From NCBI GenBank assembly GCA_046331705.1, contig JAXLQJ010000051.1, positions 1 to 52,140 of the forward strand: DNA of 52,140 nt, written 5' to 3'. Positions 1 to 9,869 of this stretch are shown here, one piece after another. Both the position numbers and the translations under genes were made by a program. Each line of letters opens with the position of its first letter. Positions within the stretch are counted from its first letter, which is position 1. The stretch comes from a bacterium. Its GTDB lineage: Bacteria; JADJOY01. Under the pieces are notes generated by a model. It was given only the letters and a program-made list of their open reading frames with translations. It did not search any database and had not been told where the DNA came from.

Positions 1-1
1 C

Positions 2-142
2 CAGCTCGAGCTGATGCGCGAGCTCGGTGAGCAGATGAAGACCCTGTCCCGTCCGCCCGGCACGGCCCCCACGCCGCCAGGCGGTGGTTCAACGCAACCG
101 AACGACGGCAAGAGCGACGACGCTCCGCCGAAGCTCTTCTGA
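2..142 (+). CDS. 3' end of an unknown protein, truncated by the window edge
   Basis: Open frame QLELMRELGEQMKTLSRPPG...PPKLF* with high-GC3 codon usage, ending at TGA 140-142 and converging on thrB. Confidence 0.55.
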   Translation, partial: QLELMRELGEQMKTLSRPPGTAPTPPGGGSTQPNDGKSDDAPPKLF

Positions 143-158
143 GAGGGCTCGCGCGCCC

Positions 159-1079
159 TCAGTCGAGGGCGCCGCGCAGCACGACCCCGCGCCGCGCAGC
201 CGCGAGCCGCATGCATCGGGCCGCATCGCGACCATGGCGCCGCCACGCCCGCTCCATCGCCGCCTGCACGTCCGCCGCAGCGTTGGGCGCCACCAGCGCC
301 AGGATGGTGGGGCCACTGCCGCTCAGGAACGAGGCGACGGCCCCCGCGCGCCGCGCGGCGCGCCGCACGGCTTCGAAGCCCGTCACGAGCGGCGCGCGAT
401 ACGGCTGGTGCAAGCGATCGTCGGTGGCCAGATCGAGGAGCTCGTAACGCCCCGCGGTCATCGCCGCCACCGCGAGCGCGGCGCGCGTGAGATTGTGGAC
501 CGCGTCGCCGATCGACACGCTCGTGGGCAGCAGCTTGCGGGCCTCCTCCGTGGACACCCCGAAGGACGGCACGAGCGCGCATGCGACGAGGCGCGGCGGA
601 TCGAGCCTCACGAAGCGCGCGTGCGACCCTTCCAGCGCGGCGACCGTGAAGCCGCCGGCGACGGCTGGAGCGAGATTGTCGGGATGTCCCTCGAAGGGAA
701 GCGCGAGATCGAGAACCGCCTGGGCGTCGACGTCCCGACCGGCGATGCGCAGGGCCGCCGCGGCCCCGGCCACCGCCGCCGCCGAGCTCGAGCCCAGCCC
801 ACGTCTCCACGGGATCCGGTTGAGCATGCGCACGTCGAGCGCGGGCACGGCGACGCCCAGTCGCTTCAGCGAACGACGGAGCACGCGGTCGAAGAGATTC
901 GCCCGCGGCGTACGCGCCGCGTCCGCGGCGCCTTCGCCCTCCACGCGATAGTGAACGCCGGGTGCAGGTGCGCGGCGCAGCCACACCTCGTTGCGCAGCT
1001 CGAGGGCGAGGCCGAGCGTGTCGAAGCCCGCGCCGAGGTTGGCGGTGGTGGCGGGAACCGTGATGTGGATGGCTGGCAC
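159..1079 (-). CDS. thrB: Homoserine kinase (GHMP family)
   Basis: VPATTANLGAGFD, IPWRRGLGSSS (GHMP ATP motif), EGHPDN, DRLHQPYR, LSGSGPT; GTG start at 1079 after GAGG. Confidence 0.93.
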   Translation of the reverse strand: MPAIHITVPATTANLGAGFDTLGLALELRNEVWLRRAPAPGVHYRVEGEGAADAARTPRANLFDRVLRRSLKRLGVAVPALDVRMLNRIPWRRGLGSSSAAAVAGAAAALRIAGRDVDAQAVLDLALPFEGHPDNLAPAVAGGFTVAALEGSHARFVRLDPPRLVACALVPSFGVSTEEARKLLPTSVSIGDAVHNLTRAALAVAAMTAGRYELLDLATDDRLHQPYRAPLVTGFEAVRRAARRAGAVASFLSGSGPTILALVAPNAAADVQAAMERAWRRHGRDAARCMRLAAARRGVVLRGALD

Positions 1080-1174
1080 GTTCGCCTCGGTTTCGGGGCG
1101 GCGGACTATATCGCACGTGTCCGCGCACGTTCGGCCCTGCTGGCGCTCGACTCCGGCTCGCGCGAGGGCGGGGC

Positions 1175-2239
1175 GTGAACGGGCGCGTCGGCGCGAGCTG
1201 CTCACTCCCGCCTTCACCGCGGCGGGTGTTGTTGCGCTCGCCCAATTGGGTGGGAGACGCGATCCTCGCCGTCCCGGCGATCCAGGCGGTCCGAGCGGCG
1301 TTTCCGACCGCGCAGCTCACGGTGCTGGCGGTGCCCTGGGTGGGAGACGTGTTCCGCTGCGTCCCGGGGGTGGACGAGGTGCTCGTCTTCGATCGCAAGC
1401 GGAAACACCGAGGATTCGTGGGTGTGGAGCGGATGGCGCAGGAGATCCGCGCGCGTGCGTTCGACGTGGCGATCTCGTTTCCGCGCTCGACCAGCAGTGC
1501 TTGGCTGCTCGCGCGGGCGCGGGTGCCGTGCCGCGTCGGCTTCGGCGGCGCCATCGCACGGACGCTCTTCACCCACGTGGTCGAGTTTCCCGGGAAGGGT
1601 CGACCCGGGCATCACGAGCTCGAGCTGCACCTCGAGCTGCTGCGGGGCGTGGGGATCGAAGCGCCGCTCGCGTCGCCGAGCCTCACGCTCCCGAGCGATC
1701 TCGTCGCCCGCCGCCAGGAGCTCCTCGGCGACTGCGGTCTCGACGAGGGTGGATATCTCGCCATGGCTCCTGGCGCTGCGTTCGGCGGTGCCAAGCGCTG
1801 GCGCGCCGAGGGCTTCGCCCAGGTCGCCGACCGCGCGTTCGACGCCCGAGGGCTCGACGCCGTGCTGCTCGGCAGCCCGGGTGAGCGCGCGATCGCGCGC
1901 GAGCTCGCCGCCACCGCCGCCCGCGCGCCCGTGGACCTGGTGGGACGGATCGGCCTCGCGGACGCGCTGGCGCTCATCGCCGGTGCGCGCGCGTTGATCA
2001 CCAACGACTCCGGCTTGATGCACGCCGCCGCGGCCCTCGGCACGCCGCTGGTCGCGATCTTCGGCCCCACGGATTGGGTGGCGACCGGGCCGGCGAGCCG
2101 GCTCGCGCGCGTGGTGCGCGAGCCGGTCGCGTGCGCTCCGTGCTTTCTGCGCGACTGCCCCATCGACCATCGCTGCATGACCCGCGTCACGACCGATGCG
2201 GTCTGGAATGCGTTCGAGAGCTTGCAGGCGACGACATGA
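1175..2239 (+). CDS. waaF: LPS heptosyltransferase II (GT9)
   Basis: PNWVGDA, APGAAFGGAKRW, ITNDSGLMH, AIFGPT and C-terminal CAPCFLRDCPIDHRCM; exact start uncertain. Confidence 0.9.
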   Translation: MNGRVGASCSLPPSPRRVLLRSPNWVGDAILAVPAIQAVRAAFPTAQLTVLAVPWVGDVFRCVPGVDEVLVFDRKRKHRGFVGVERMAQEIRARAFDVAISFPRSTSSAWLLARARVPCRVGFGGAIARTLFTHVVEFPGKGRPGHHELELHLELLRGVGIEAPLASPSLTLPSDLVARRQELLGDCGLDEGGYLAMAPGAAFGGAKRWRAEGFAQVADRAFDARGLDAVLLGSPGERAIARELAATAARAPVDLVGRIGLADALALIAGARALITNDSGLMHAAAALGTPLVAIFGPTDWVATGPASRLARVVREPVACAPCFLRDCPIDHRCMTRVTTDAVWNAFESLQATT

Positions 2240-2488
2240 CGACAGCGGGCGGCGCGTTGCGATCGAGTCGCGTGCGCGACGCTCTTCCGCCACGTCGGCG
2301 TCACTTGCGTTTTGCATCTTCGAGGTTCAACATTCCCCGACTCGATCGGAACGTCGGCGGATCGCGTCCGATCGCACCAACGCCGTTCGGCCGCATGCCA
2401 TCGTCTCGGCGTGACCTGGCCGCGCGAGACGGCTGGTGAGCGCCGGGGATCGACACGCTTCCCGGGCGAGCGCGGCGGAGGAGATCGA

Positions 2489-5400
2489 ATGAAAGCTCGG
2501 CTCTTGTCCTCCCATCGCAGGCGCGCCGCGGCGGCGACCGCGATGCTCGTCGCGGTATCCCTGGGCCACGCGAGCTGCTCGAGCTCGAGTGGGAAGGTGG
2601 GCACGCGCGCGCCGTTCGCCCGGGCCTACGCCATCAGCGATCGCAATCAGCTCATCGGCGGCAAGGTCGCCATCGCCAACGTCGGCGATTTCATCCTGGA
2701 GAACGACCAGGTTCGGCTGGCGGTGCTGGGCGCGCTCGAGTCCTACGGCCCGAATCTCTACGGCGGCAGCCTGGTCGACGCCGAGCTGCAGCGTCCCGAC
2801 GGCTCGAGCACGGCGGGACGCGGTCAGGACGAGCTGGTCGAGGTGTTCCCGATCATCGATCTCAAGGTTGCCAAGCCGGACGGCACCCTCGACGGCCCAG
2901 GCAATCCCGTGAGCTCGAGCGTGCGCGTCTGCGAGGACGGCGGCTCGGGCCAGGGCGCCCGCGCCCGCATCCGCATGGCCGCCGATCTCTATCCGCTGAT
3001 CGCCCTGGTCGGCGTGATTCCCAACCTGCTCGGCCCGTCGGGCGCGCGCATCGTCCAGGACTACATCCTCGAACCAGGCAAGCGCTACGCCACGCTGCAC
3101 ACGGAGGTGAGGTTCTTCGAGGGCGGCGAGGGCGCCGGACAACCGATCGAATGCGGCGACGATCCGAACGCCAAGCGGGTCTTCAAGCCCCAGTACCCGC
3201 AGCAACCGCTCAACGTCATCTCGCCCGTGCTGTTCGGACAGGCGTACGGAGACATCGCGATCTTCGGCGGCACCACGCAGCTCTTCTCGCCGACCTTCGG
3301 CTTCGACTCCTTCAGCGAGCTGCTGGCGAAGTCACCGAGCCCCACGAGCGACGTCGTCTACGACGAGATCGTGCCCTTCAAGAACACCTTCGAGTCGCCG
3401 CTCAACGGCTATTTCCTGGTCGGTCGAGCGAATCACATCTCGTACGGCATGACGGCGCCCGACAAGGGCGTCTTCACGATTCCGCTGCTGGCGGGGACCA
3501 TCGCCCCGCAATTCGTCGCGACCTCGCGAGAGATGGTCGATGCGACCACCGGCGCCAAGCCGTCGCCGCTCGAGCAGGTGGGCAGCCAGCGCGGCGACGT
3601 GGCCACGTTCGATCGTTACTTCATCGTCGGCGACGGCGACGTCGCCTCGGTGCTCGACGTGGTGAACCAGATCCAGGGCGTCGCGACCGGCGCCATTCAC
3701 GGGCACGCCTTCGAGGAGGCGACCGGCCGCCCCGTCACGCGCGCGAGCATCCTGGTGTTCCGGCACCCGCGCGACGGCGCGGGCAACCTGCGCGATCTCG
3801 CCACCCTCGACGTGAAGGACCTCGGCGTGCCGATCGATCAGATCTACACGGACGTGCGCTTCGACGACACCTCGGTCGACGGCAGCTTCAGCGCCACGCT
3901 CGAGCCCGGCGATTACGTGCTGCTCGGCCTTTCCGACGGTCGCGGCCGCGGCCCGCTCCAGCCCGTCGCCGTGCGTGCCGGCGAGAGCCGCGAGACCACG
4001 GTGGTCATCCCGCGCGATGGGCGGGTCCGCGTGGAGGTCGTCGACGCGGCCCGCGGCGGCGCCAGCTTGCCGACCAAGCTCACCATCACCGAGCTCGATG
4101 GCCACGGCGTCCCATGGCCGCGCTTCGGCGAGGGATCGCTTCCCATCGCGCGCATCCCGCGGGCGAACGCGATCTACGAGCCACAGACGGCGGACGCCTC
4201 GCGCAGCGATCTCGAGTTCGTGGCCGCCTTCAAGTACACGGAGGACGGGCGCAACACGTTCTCGCTCGCGCCAGGGCGCTATCGCGTGTACGCGTCACGC
4301 GGCTACGAGTACACGATCGACACCAAGGACGTGGTGATCGAGCCCGGGCTCGAGAAGACCGTCCAGCTGGCGATCGCGCAGGTGGTCGACAGCACCGGCT
4401 GGCTCTCGGGGGACTTTCACGTCCACTCCGAGTCGAGCCACGACTCGGGCGTGTCCAAGGACGACCGCGTGGTGGGCTACGCCGCCGAGGGCGTCGAGAT
4501 CCTGGCGTCGACGGATCACGACTACATGACCAACTACAAGCCGTACATCGAGAACCATCAGCTCCGCCCGTGGCTCACCACGATCGTGGGCGACGAGCTC
4601 ACGACGTTCGAGAACGGCCACTACAACGCGATGCCGCTCGCGTTCGACGGTCGCCAGACCTCGAACGGCGCGCCGCGCTGGGTCGGACTCACGCCACCGC
4701 AGATCTTCGACACGCTGCGCGCCCGCGGCCTCTTCGGGCCGGACCAGACCGTGACGATCTTGAATCACCCGCGCGATTCGATCTTCGGGCTCTACAGTCA
4801 GTTCGGCTTCGACCAGGGCACCGGCGTGCTGTGTCCAGGGCTCTTCACCCTGGGCAACGACGTCATCCGCACCGGCAACGGCCTCGGCGGCGTCAACGCC
4901 GAGAACTTCAACGCCGACTTCATGTCGATCGAGGTCCTCAACGGCAAGCGCTTCGAGCTGATCCGCACACCGACGCTCGAAGAGGTGCCGCTCAAGGCCG
5001 AGGGTCAGACACGTCCCGGCACGCCGCCGTCGATCTATCAAGTGCTGGCGCGGACCCTCGACGAGCAGCGCCGGCTCCTCGATCCCGCCAACGGCCTCGC
5101 CACCAGCGACCAGAGCCGCTACCAAGGCGGCGTCGACGACCTCTTCACCACCATCAACCTCGGCCGCGGCCGCCCCACCGGGCTCGCCAACTCGGACTCG
5201 CACAAGATCATCGACACCGCCTCCGTGCGCACCTGGTTCAAGGTGGGAACGGACCAGCCCGACGCCGCCGAGGACCTGGACGTGGTGGCCGCCGTGGCGC
5301 GCGGGCAGACCGTGATGGGCTTCGGGCCCTTCGTGACGCTGACCGCCGACGGTGCGGAGGTCGGCAAGACCGTGGCGAACACCTCCGGCCAAGTGGACGT

Positions 5401-6031
5401 GGCCGTCGAGGTCCAGGGGCCGGACTGGTTCCAGATCGACCGCGTGGAGATCTACGGCAACGGCGAGCTCGCCGCGGAGATCCCGGTGGCGCGCCCGAAC
5501 GCGTCGACGGTGAAGTATCGCGGCCACACCACCATCAGCGTGCGCGACCTCGCCATCAACGACCACCAGGCCAAGGACACGTATTTCGTGGCGGTCGCGC
5601 TCGGCGACGACGATCTCTTTCCGGTGGATTTCCCCAACAGCTTCCCGACCCAGAACACCAGCGACATCATCGTCGGTGCGCTGGCGGGCGTGATCCCCGG
5701 GATCGGCGGCTTGCTCGGCGAAGGCGAGAACATCGTGCCGCTCACGTTCAACGTGCTGCCCTACGGCGTGACCAGCCCCGTCTACGTGGACGTCGACGGC
5801 GACGGCCGCTTCACTCCCGCGGGACGGCCGCCCGCCGACGGCCGCAGCAAGTACCGAGGCTGTACGGACCTGACGGAGGACTGCGTCTGTCAGGACCTCG
5901 CGCTGCCGGCGAGCGCGACCCAGGACTTCACCGACACCCGCGATTACGTGCAGTGGTTGCTGGGCCTCGAGCAGGGACACGGCCGCCTCAAGGCCGTGCC
6001 ACCCGCGGCATTCGAGTTCGCGGGACGCTGA
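2489..6031 (+). CDS. Large exported (probably lipoprotein) PHP-fold metallohydrolase, CehA/McbA-like, with beta-sandwich domains
   Basis: ATG 2489 after GGAGGAG; signal peptide ending ...LGHASC; PHP motifs GDFHVHS, STDHD, GDE, GHYN, NHPR, EVLNG, NSDSH. Confidence 0.75.
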   Translation: MKARLLSSHRRRAAAATAMLVAVSLGHASCSSSSGKVGTRAPFARAYAISDRNQLIGGKVAIANVGDFILENDQVRLAVLGALESYGPNLYGGSLVDAELQRPDGSSTAGRGQDELVEVFPIIDLKVAKPDGTLDGPGNPVSSSVRVCEDGGSGQGARARIRMAADLYPLIALVGVIPNLLGPSGARIVQDYILEPGKRYATLHTEVRFFEGGEGAGQPIECGDDPNAKRVFKPQYPQQPLNVISPVLFGQAYGDIAIFGGTTQLFSPTFGFDSFSELLAKSPSPTSDVVYDEIVPFKNTFESPLNGYFLVGRANHISYGMTAPDKGVFTIPLLAGTIAPQFVATSREMVDATTGAKPSPLEQVGSQRGDVATFDRYFIVGDGDVASVLDVVNQIQGVATGAIHGHAFEEATGRPVTRASILVFRHPRDGAGNLRDLATLDVKDLGVPIDQIYTDVRFDDTSVDGSFSATLEPGDYVLLGLSDGRGRGPLQPVAVRAGESRETTVVIPRDGRVRVEVVDAARGGASLPTKLTITELDGHGVPWPRFGEGSLPIARIPRANAIYEPQTADASRSDLEFVAAFKYTEDGRNTFSLAPGRYRVYASRGYEYTIDTKDVVIEPGLEKTVQLAIAQVVDSTGWLSGDFHVHSESSHDSGVSKDDRVVGYAAEGVEILASTDHDYMTNYKPYIENHQLRPWLTTIVGDELTTFENGHYNAMPLAFDGRQTSNGAPRWVGLTPPQIFDTLRARGLFGPDQTVTILNHPRDSIFGLYSQFGFDQGTGVLCPGLFTLGNDVIRTGNGLGGVNAENFNADFMSIEVLNGKRFELIRTPTLEEVPLKAEGQTRPGTPPSIYQVLARTLDEQRRLLDPANGLATSDQSRYQGGVDDLFTTINLGRGRPTGLANSDSHKIIDTASVRTWFKVGTDQPDAAEDLDVVAAVARGQTVMGFGPFVTLTADGAEVGKTVANTSGQVDVAVEVQGPDWFQIDRVEIYGNGELAAEIPVARPNASTVKYRGHTTISVRDLAINDHQAKDTYFVAVALGDDDLFPVDFPNSFPTQNTSDIIVGALAGVIPGIGGLLGEGENIVPLTFNVLPYGVTSPVYVDVDGDGRFTPAGRPPADGRSKYRGCTDLTEDCVCQDLALPASATQDFTDTRDYVQWLLGLEQGHGRLKAVPPAAFEFAGR

Positions 6032-6103
6032 GCGAGAGCGGGGAACGAGGCTAGGATCGACGCAGGTCCTCGGGTGCAGAGCGCACCCAAGCGAGGGAAA
6101 CCC

Positions 6104-7366
6104 ATGTCTCACCGAACGACGCGATACACCCTCATCGGCTTGGTGCTCGTGGCCGGCCTGGTCGCCATCCAGCCTGCACGCGCGGGTGTCGCCGACGAGA
6201 TCGCCGACGCGCTGAGCCCCGATGCGGCCAGCGACCGCAACGACGTCGATCCGCTCCTCGACCGCCTGGTCGCCAAGGGCGTGCTCACGCCCGAGGAAGC
6301 GAAGGACGTCGACAAGGAAGTCGCCGACCAGAACCGCTTCGCGATCGACCTGGGCGGCCGGATCAACCTGGACGTGATCGCCTACGACGGCGCGGACTAC
6401 GTCGAGGGCGTGCCGGGCGACCCCAACGTGCGCACGGGCTTCCGACTGCGCACGGCTCGCTTCAACGCCGACGGGCGCGCGTATTGGGACTGGCTCCGTT
6501 ACTCGATGCAGGTCGACTTCGCCGATCCCGCCAAGGCCAACGAGGTCGAGGTGACGCTGCTCGACGCCCGTCTCTCCCTCGTGGACCTGGTGCCGATGCA
6601 CGCGATCCACCTCGGGCTCGTGAAGCCGCCGTTCGCCCGCCAGCAGCTCATGAGCTCGAGCCGCCTCCAGTTCCAGGAGCGCAGCGTCGTGCTGCAACAG
6701 CTCGAGGAGCTGTTCTTCGACCGCGAGCTCGGCGCCCGCGTCAATGGCCGCATCCCCGTGGGCGAGGACGCCGTGATCCTCAAGTACGCGGTCGGTGTCT
6801 TCAACGGCTCGGGCCAGCGCAGCATCGGCGGCGACACCAACGAGGGAAAGCTCGTCGCGGTGCGCGGCGCCATCGATCTCTTCCACGACATGGGCGAGGA
6901 GGAGCCGGATCTGTCGAGCGGCGAGCTCGGGCTGAGCCTGGGCGGCGGCTGGTTCCTCAACGACGACGTCGCGGCCACGCCGAAGGGCTACGCGATCGAC
7001 GGCGAGCTCAAGGTCGCGGGGCTCTCGCTCACCGGCGGATGGGTGATGATCGACTACGCCCCCGACCTGGGCGCGAACGTCGAGTTCCCGCCCTTCGCCA
7101 CCGATTTCAACTCGAAGGGCTGGTACGTCCAGGGCGGCTACATGCTGCTCCCGCACCTGCTCGAGATCGCCGGGCGCTACGAGCAGTACGACTCGAACGA
7201 CCAGATCGACGACAACGGCGACGTCTCCGCCTATACCGGCGCCCTCAATCTCTACCTGCTCGACCACGACATGAAGTCGAGCCTCGAATACGTCGCGCGC
7301 ACCGAAGACGAGGGCGCCAAGCTCGAGAACGACTCGCTCACCCTCGAGGTGCAGCTGCTGTTCTGA
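6104..7366 (+). CDS. Outer-membrane beta-barrel porin, OprO/OprP (phosphate-selective)-like
   Basis: Signal peptide; LVAKGVLTPEEA N-terminal stretch; GFRLRTARF, KPPF...SSSRLQFQERS, RELG, GVFNG, GWYVQGGY, RYEQYD; C-terminal Phe (QLLF). Confidence 0.75.
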   Translation: MSHRTTRYTLIGLVLVAGLVAIQPARAGVADEIADALSPDAASDRNDVDPLLDRLVAKGVLTPEEAKDVDKEVADQNRFAIDLGGRINLDVIAYDGADYVEGVPGDPNVRTGFRLRTARFNADGRAYWDWLRYSMQVDFADPAKANEVEVTLLDARLSLVDLVPMHAIHLGLVKPPFARQQLMSSSRLQFQERSVVLQQLEELFFDRELGARVNGRIPVGEDAVILKYAVGVFNGSGQRSIGGDTNEGKLVAVRGAIDLFHDMGEEEPDLSSGELGLSLGGGWFLNDDVAATPKGYAIDGELKVAGLSLTGGWVMIDYAPDLGANVEFPPFATDFNSKGWYVQGGYMLLPHLLEIAGRYEQYDSNDQIDDNGDVSAYTGALNLYLLDHDMKSSLEYVARTEDEGAKLENDSLTLEVQLLF

Positions 7367-7377
7367 GCGCGCGCGCG

Positions 7378-7404
7378 GCGGCGGGCGGAGCGCCCGCCGC
7401 TCTT
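7378..7404 (+). terminator. Probable intrinsic terminator or stabilising hairpin after the porin
   Basis: Perfect 10-bp stem GCGGCGGGCG/CGCCCGCCGC with GAG loop, followed by a weak TCTT tail, 11 nt after the stop codon. Confidence 0.5.
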
Positions 7405-7436
7405 CGCGTGAGCGATGTGGTAATCCACCCCTCGCA

Positions 7437-9869
7437 ATGGCGGGGCGGGGCATTCGAATCCGGGCGCGTGCGTCGAGCGACGCACGCATCGAGCGGCTTC
7501 TCGGGGGCGATCGGCTCTCGCTCGAGCAGCTGATCGCGCTGCCCGGCGTCACGATCGTCAAGGACTACAGCAAGGCGATCGTGCTGCGGATCGAGGCGGA
7601 GGGCACCGCCTGGTACCTGAAATGGTACCGGCTGCCGAGCCTCCGGCTCAGGCTCAAGGCGGCGCTCACCTCGACTCCTGCCGCGCGCTTTCGCGCCGGC
7701 TCCGAGATCCTGGCGAAGGCCGGCTTTCGCGGGCCGCGGCTGGTGGGAACCTTCGAGCTGGGATCGCGCCTGCTGCCCCGCGCGTCGTTGGTCGTCACCG
7801 AGGCCGTCGCGGGGGCGGAGCCGCTGGCCACGGCGCTCGCTGCAGCCGGCTTGCGGCGGCGGCGCGACTGGCTGCACCGGCTCGGCGGGCTCTTTCGCGA
7901 TCTTCACGCCGCGGGAGTGCTGCACAAGGATCTCAAGGATTCGAACATCCTGCTCTCGGTCGCCGACGGTGAGGCGAGCTTCACGCTCCTCGATCTCGAG
8001 GACGTCCGGCAGATCTCGCAGCTTGGTCGCGAGCGCCGCTTCCGTTCGCTGATGCAGCTGCACCGCACGCTGGGGCGAAACGCGCCGCTGCGTGAGCGCA
8101 TCGCGTTCTTGCAGGGCTACGTCGACGGCGTCGCGGAGCGCGACACCGAGATGCGCTTGGCGCTGGCCCAGGTCGGTGAGATGGGGGTCGAGAAGGACCT
8201 GCGCGATCGGGGCCGCGTGGTGCGGAAGATCGATCACGCCGGCTTCCGCTGGCTCACCACGCTCTCCGGCGCGCGGCTCACCGAGCAGATCATGAGCTGG
8301 GCGCCGGAAGCCGTCGCCCACACCTCGGGCGCGCTCGAGGAGCGTGCCGGTCGCAGCCGCCGGTTCGTGCGGCTGCGTCTGGCCGATGGCTCGCGCTACT
8401 GGGTGCGCTTCTACCGCCCGCGAAACCTGCGCAAGGCGCTCTTCTCCCACGAGCGGCGGGGACGGGCGCGGCGCGAATGGGACCACGCGTGCGAAGCGGG
8501 GCGGCGCGGCGTCCCGACGGTGCTTCCCGAAGCCCGCGCGCACGACCACGCGTGGCTCTTCCGCACCGAGATCATCGCCTATCCCGAGCTCGAGGGGGCA
8601 CGCGACCTCGCCGCGATCCTGGCCGACGCGGAGCTGCCCGTCGCCGAGAAACGCGCGCGCCTCACCCAGGCGGCGCGGGTGCTCCGGCGCACCCACGATC
8701 GCGGCGTGACCGTCCGCCACCTTCGCGCCGACCAGGTGCTCTTCACCGCCGATGGCGCGGTTCGCCTCCTCGGCCTCGAGCGGGTGCGCTTCGGCGCCCC
8801 CGCCGGCTGGCGCGGCCGCATCCACGACCTGGCCGCCTTCGACCGCGGCCTCGCGGAGCTTCGCATCCGGCGCGGCTACGCCGTGCCGCGCACCCAGCGA
8901 TTGCGCTTCATCCACGCGTATCTCGAAGCGGGGCCGATCGACCGCGCGCCACGGCGGGTGCTCGAGCGCGTGGCGCGGCGCAGCTCGCGCGCGTTCCTTC
9001 GCCGCGAGCGTCGGCGCCGTCGCTCGCTGCGCACCCGCGGGCCGCGCGACTACGAGATGCCGTCGGTGAGCTGCTTCATCATCTGCAAGGACGAGGAGGA
9101 GCTGATCCGCGACTGCCTCGAGAGCGTGCGGTGGTGCAAGGAAATCGTCGTCGTGGATTCCTTTTCCACCGACCGCACCGTGGAGATCTGCCGCGAGTAC
9201 ACCGACCGGGTCTTCCAGCGGGCGTGGCCGGGGTTCGTCGAGCAGAAGCGTTACGCGCTCGGCCTCACGCGAAACGAGTGGGTGCTCAACCTGGACGCCG
9301 ACGAGCGCATCACGCCGGCGCTGCGACGCGAGATCGAGCGGCGCCTGGCGGCGGCGGACGACGCCGTGTGGGGCTTCTACATCCCACGCTTGGTCTTCTA
9401 CCTCGGGCGCTGGTGGAGGCACGGCTGGTACCCGGAGTACCGCCTGCGGCTGTTCCGGAAGTCGCGCGTCACCTGGGGCGGCGTCGACCCGCACGAGCGC
9501 GCGTTCCTCGCCGACGAGCGGCGCGCGGTGCGGCTCAAGGGCGACATCACGCACCTGACGTATCGCGATCTGCGCGACCAGCTCCGCACCATCAACCGAT
9601 TCACCACCATCGCCGCCCGCGAGGCCTTCGACCGCGGCAAGCACTTCCGGGCCGTCAATCTCTTCGGCAACCCCGTGGTCCACTTCATCAAGTTCTACGT
9701 GATCAAGCGGGGCTTTCTCGATGGGATTCCCGGGCTCTTCATGGCAGGCTTGATGGCGCTGCACGTGTTCCTGAAGTACGCGAAGCTGCGCGAGCTCGAG
9801 TGGAGCGCCGCCGATGCCGGATCCAGCGACCCCAGGCGAGCGCTCGAGCCCTCCGCTGGTCACGCCTGA
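7437..9869 (+). CDS. Fusion of a Kdo/WaaP-family LPS kinase, a degenerate second kinase domain and a GT2 glycosyltransferase (WaaE/KdtX-like)
   Basis: Domain 1: YLKWY, HKDLKDSNIL, DLE. Domain 2: RHLRADQVL, GLE. From 9057, GT2: VSCFIICKDEE, VVDSFSTDRT, LNLDADE, GWYPEYRLRLF, HE, GFLDG. No stop between domains. Confidence 0.8.
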   Translation: MAGRGIRIRARASSDARIERLLGGDRLSLEQLIALPGVTIVKDYSKAIVLRIEAEGTAWYLKWYRLPSLRLRLKAALTSTPAARFRAGSEILAKAGFRGPRLVGTFELGSRLLPRASLVVTEAVAGAEPLATALAAAGLRRRRDWLHRLGGLFRDLHAAGVLHKDLKDSNILLSVADGEASFTLLDLEDVRQISQLGRERRFRSLMQLHRTLGRNAPLRERIAFLQGYVDGVAERDTEMRLALAQVGEMGVEKDLRDRGRVVRKIDHAGFRWLTTLSGARLTEQIMSWAPEAVAHTSGALEERAGRSRRFVRLRLADGSRYWVRFYRPRNLRKALFSHERRGRARREWDHACEAGRRGVPTVLPEARAHDHAWLFRTEIIAYPELEGARDLAAILADAELPVAEKRARLTQAARVLRRTHDRGVTVRHLRADQVLFTADGAVRLLGLERVRFGAPAGWRGRIHDLAAFDRGLAELRIRRGYAVPRTQRLRFIHAYLEAGPIDRAPRRVLERVARRSSRAFLRRERRRRRSLRTRGPRDYEMPSVSCFIICKDEEELIRDCLESVRWCKEIVVVDSFSTDRTVEICREYTDRVFQRAWPGFVEQKRYALGLTRNEWVLNLDADERITPALRREIERRLAAADDAVWGFYIPRLVFYLGRWWRHGWYPEYRLRLFRKSRVTWGGVDPHERAFLADERRAVRLKGDITHLTYRDLRDQLRTINRFTTIAAREAFDRGKHFRAVNLFGNPVVHFIKFYVIKRGFLDGIPGLFMAGLMALHVFLKYAKLRELEWSAADAGSSDPRRALEPSAGHA

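Noticed and set aside
3151-7561. Very long alternative-frame and antisense ORFs (967 aa, 1088 aa; similar ones at 7338-10145, 44152-46521, 48278-50584)
   Set aside because: These are shadows of real genes expected in high-GC DNA; they are Arg/Ala-rich and have no motifs.
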